Source: a virus. Taken from it: a stretch of DNA of 34,615 nucleotides. The notes under the pieces are model-generated. The model made no database searches. It was given only the letters and a program-made list of their open reading frames with translations, and was not told the origin of the DNA. A program made the position numbers and the translations under genes. Positions 32,664-34,615 of this stretch are shown here, piece by piece (positions within the stretch are counted from its first letter, which is position 1; each line of letters opens with the position of its first letter). The stretch lies in IMG/VR virus record IMGVR_UViG_3300031418_000062; one strand, written 5' to 3'.

Positions 32664-32751
32664 GTATCTCTACATCATGTTGATATCAACATGAGATTGA
32701 ATAAATATTTATATCGTATCTACTTGATGTTAATACCATGTTGATATTAAG
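32664..32751. promoter_or_regulatory. AT-rich cluster of TTGATATCAA-type boxes (centromere/origin candidate)
   Basis: An 18-bp perfect palindrome CATGTTGATATCAACATG (32676-32693), then cttgatgttaatac (32723) and CATGTTGATATTAAG (32737-32751). The preceding GTATCT..TAC context is duplicated (32664 and 32715). Confidence 0.55.
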
Positions 32752-32880
32752 CGACACTAGCGCCCGCCTCGAGCCATGCCCAGCACCTGGTCGACCCCGC
32801 GGCCGCCTATGAAACCGGGCCAAGACGGCGCCGGCGGCCGCCGGTTTCCACTCGCCAGCAGCAGGGCACAGGCAGCACAG

Positions 32881-33256
32881 AAAACCCGGGGATTTATGCC
32901 CTCTTGTGACGTAAGTCATTGATTCTTGAGCAACTACCATCCCCGAACTACCCCCGAAAATCCCCGGATATGCTGAGTTTTTCCACGGCGGGCCTCATTT
33001 CTTCCATGGTTGTGGCCGGCGCCGTCCTCCTACTTCTTTCTTTTTTTTAGCTATGAAAAGAGAGAGGAATAGAGGGAAGGAAAGAATTTCGCGCATCCCC
33101 GACCCGCACCCGCATTTCCCCGACTTTTCCCCGCTGCCTAAATTTTCATCCCCGGGTTCCCCGACCTTTCCACGGCCTTTTCGTGGATGGTGGGGGATGG
33201 AAATTTCTTAGGAATCAGGTACTTACGCCAACATCCACGGCATCCCCCGATCCCCG
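32881..33256. repeat. Iteron-like cluster of (A/T)TCCCCG(A/G) motifs (at least 10 copies) flanking a polypyrimidine/polypurine dyad
   Basis: TCCCCG occurs at 32940, 32961, 33096, 33117, 33128, 33149, 33158 and 33251. CCCCCG occurs at 32951 and 33244, with an inverted copy at 32881-32895. TCCACGG occurs at about 32982, 33168 and 33234. The Py tract is 33025-33048 and the Pu tract 33055-33086. Confidence 0.7.
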
Positions 33257-33640
33257 GCGTGCGCTGCCTGGGGGGTGTTCGGGTTCCTTTTTCTGAGCCA
33301 TAGGGTTTTGCCCCTCGCTAGAACGCATCAAAACCGCCTACAGGCGCATCAAACCGCATCAGGTGACGCGGCCAGCAAATCGGCTGAAGGCCGCACCAGG
33401 CCTGTTTCCGGCCGGCTCCTGGGGCTGCATTAGAACCAGGCCCCCAAGCGAAGCCCGGAGGCGGGGAGGGGCCTCCGCAGCAGCGGGGCAGGCGGCCTTG
33501 CCTTGGGGATCCCCCTCCAGGAGCCCCAGGGGGCCGCCCAGGGCGTCGCAGGCGCTGCGCACGGTGCGCGGACGCTCTGCGGCACCTCCAACCGTGCGCG
33601 CGTCATAGAGGCCCGTTTGATGCGTCTGGCCAGGTGCATT

Positions 33641-34054
33641 GGCGGCGATCGCACGCCTCGAGCTCGAGCAGCTGGCCGCCGACCAGGTTGCGCACCAGGT
33701 GCGGCCGCGGCGCCGGCGGGATCCTGCAGCTGCAGCAGCTGGTCGACCAGGTGGATCCGACCCGGGCTGGCCAGCGCCGGCGGCGATCGCGCGCCTCGAG
33801 CTCGAGCAGCTGGACGCCGACCAGGTTGCGCACCAGGTGCGGCCGTGGCGCCGGCGGGATCCTGCAGCTGCAGCAGCTGGTCGACCAGGTGGATCCGGCC
33901 CGGGCTGGCCAGCGCCGGCGGCGATCGCGCGCCTCGAGCTCGAGCAGCTGGACGCCGACCAGGTTGCGCACCAGGTGCGGCCGCGGCGCCGGCGGGATCC
34001 TGCAGCTGCAGCAGCTGGTCGACCAGGTGGATCCAGCCCGGGCTGGCCAGCGCG
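33641..34054. repeat. Three tandem copies of a 138-bp unit built from perfect palindromes
   Basis: Units start at 33641, 33779 and 33917 and differ by only a few substitutions. Each contains GCGATCGC, CTCGAGCTCGAG, CAGCTG, CTGCAGCTGCAG, CTGGTCGACCAG, GGATCC, CCCGGG and TGGCCA. Confidence 0.95.
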
Positions 34055-34060
34055 CCGAGC

Positions 34061-34088
34061 GTGTTTGTGTTTGTGTTGTTGTTTGTGT
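34061..34088. repeat. GT-rich microsatellite (gtgtttgtgtttgtgttgttgtttgtgt)
   Basis: Low-complexity TG/TTG tract directly abutting the tandem array. Confidence 0.85.
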
Positions 34089-34129
34089 CGTCCAGGTGCG
34101 TGGACTGAACAGCAGGCTTGCATGGGTTA

Positions 34130-34168
34130 CGCATCCTGGTGCGTAGTACTGCGCATCCTGGTGCATAG
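34130..34168. repeat. Two 17-bp direct repeats CGCATCCTGGTGC(G/A)TAG spaced 22 bp start to start (iteron-like)
   Basis: 34130-34146 and 34152-34168. A related cgcatcctcggcgc lies at 34447-34460. Confidence 0.75.
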
Positions 34169-34488
34169 GTGTAGTAAAAGCCAACGGGACACCTGCCCGC
34201 GCTCCCGCTTGGGTTGCGCACCGATTTCCTACGGAAACCGGCACGCCCGGTTACGCGGGTGAACCCGTAAAATCAAAACCCGAAAACCCCGAAATGCAAC
34301 TAACCCATGACTCGGCCAGCGACACAGGCAGGCCACCAGGTTGGAGGCCGCCCTACAGGCCGTTGATCTGACGGCAGGGGCGATTTGAGTCCGAGGACCG
34401 ATGCCGAAGGCGAGGGAGCGAGGATGGCCCGTTAGGGCCACCCCTGCGCATCCTCGGCGCTCCTCCAGAGCGTCCGGTTGTTAGCGGG

Positions 34489-34615
34489 TGATCTGCTGGT
34501 GTTGAGTCTACAAGGGAGGCTGTGGCCTCCCGTACCTTGTGCGCCGCGCTTGCGCGGGGCAGTCTGGTTCTATTCTCCAGGCTGAACAACGGCCGGCCGG
34601 CCTGAAGTGGCGCGC
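34489..34615. repeat. Terminal exact repeat, copy 2 (identical to 1-127)
   Basis: Same comparison as for copy 1. Confidence 0.95.

Larger units (their letters stand above)
1..34488. mobile_element. Complete circular P2-like temperate myophage genome carrying plasmid-type partition/resolution/replication genes (putative phage-plasmid)
   Basis: P2 gene order Q,P / O,N,M,L,X,lysis,R,S,V,W,J,I,H,FI,FII,E,T,U,D is recognisable from the translated ORFs. ParA, an RHH protein, a small serine recombinase, a RepL-like protein and a primase-helicase fill the remainder. The window closes on itself through a 127-bp exact overlap. Confidence 0.8.

Noticed and set aside
32686-32940. 84-aa minus-strand ORF between the TTGATATCAA boxes and the TCCCCG iterons.
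   Set aside because: It runs through the AT-rich palindromic boxes and a degenerate repeat copy, and has an implausible composition and no RBS.
33359-34262. Six overlapping ORFs (up to 263 aa) across the 138-bp tandem array, which might be a repeat protein.
   Set aside because: All six frames are open. The two conserved sub-motifs of each unit fall in different frames. The translations are Arg/Pro/Ala-rich junk, and there is no start context. The region is treated as non-coding DNA repeats.
1-34615. tRNA, tmRNA, rRNA, reverse transcriptase (DGR/retron), cas genes or a recognisable toxin-antitoxin pair.
   Set aside because: None is recognisable by eye in any frame or strand. A proper tRNAscan/Rfam/HMM run is still needed to exclude small RNAs in 32629-34488 and 1-411.

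Overview
The window is one complete, circularly closing element of 34,488 bp. Bases 1-127 recur exactly at 34489-34615, which looks like an assembler k-mer overlap. It is GC-rich, which suggests a beta-proteobacterial (Burkholderiales-like) host; that is inference only. The backbone is a P2-like temperate myophage with full P2 morphogenesis synteny: portal Q and terminase P on the minus strand, then O-N-M-L-X, a lysis cassette (two membrane proteins, a DUF3380-type endolysin, overlapped Rz/Rz1 spanins), R-S, V-W-J-I-H, FI-FII-E/E'-T-U-D. A -1 frameshift site for E+E' is readable in the sequence. Where P2 carries int-C-cox-B-A, this element has no tyrosine or large serine integrase. Instead it has a small resolvase/invertase-type serine recombinase behind a res-like cluster of TGTCTA half-sites, and a CI-like HTH-S24 repressor whose catalytic Ser and Lys are both substituted. 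A near-consensus LexA (SOS) box sits in the switch region. An Ogr/Delta zinc-finger activator is the first gene of the early operon, followed by a toprim/P-loop primase-helicase. There is also a type-Ib-like partition cassette (small ParA plus an RHH ParG-like protein) with TTGATATCAA palindromic boxes, and a RepL-like winged-helix protein. About 2.3 kb (32629-34488 continuing into 1-411) has no credible ORF but is packed with repeats: TCCCCG iterons, a polypyrimidine/polypurine dyad, three tandem 138-bp units built from 12-bp perfect palindromes, a GT microsatellite, 17-bp iterons and long inverted repeats. Copies of the palindrome-rich unit also sit at the 3' ends of three operons, where each copy contains the stop codon of the last gene. 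My main hypothesis is an integrase-less P2-like phage-plasmid with an unusual induction circuit (LexA box plus non-cleavable CI) and a dispersed repeat family of unknown function. All family calls rest on synteny and motifs read by eye; no database search was possible.
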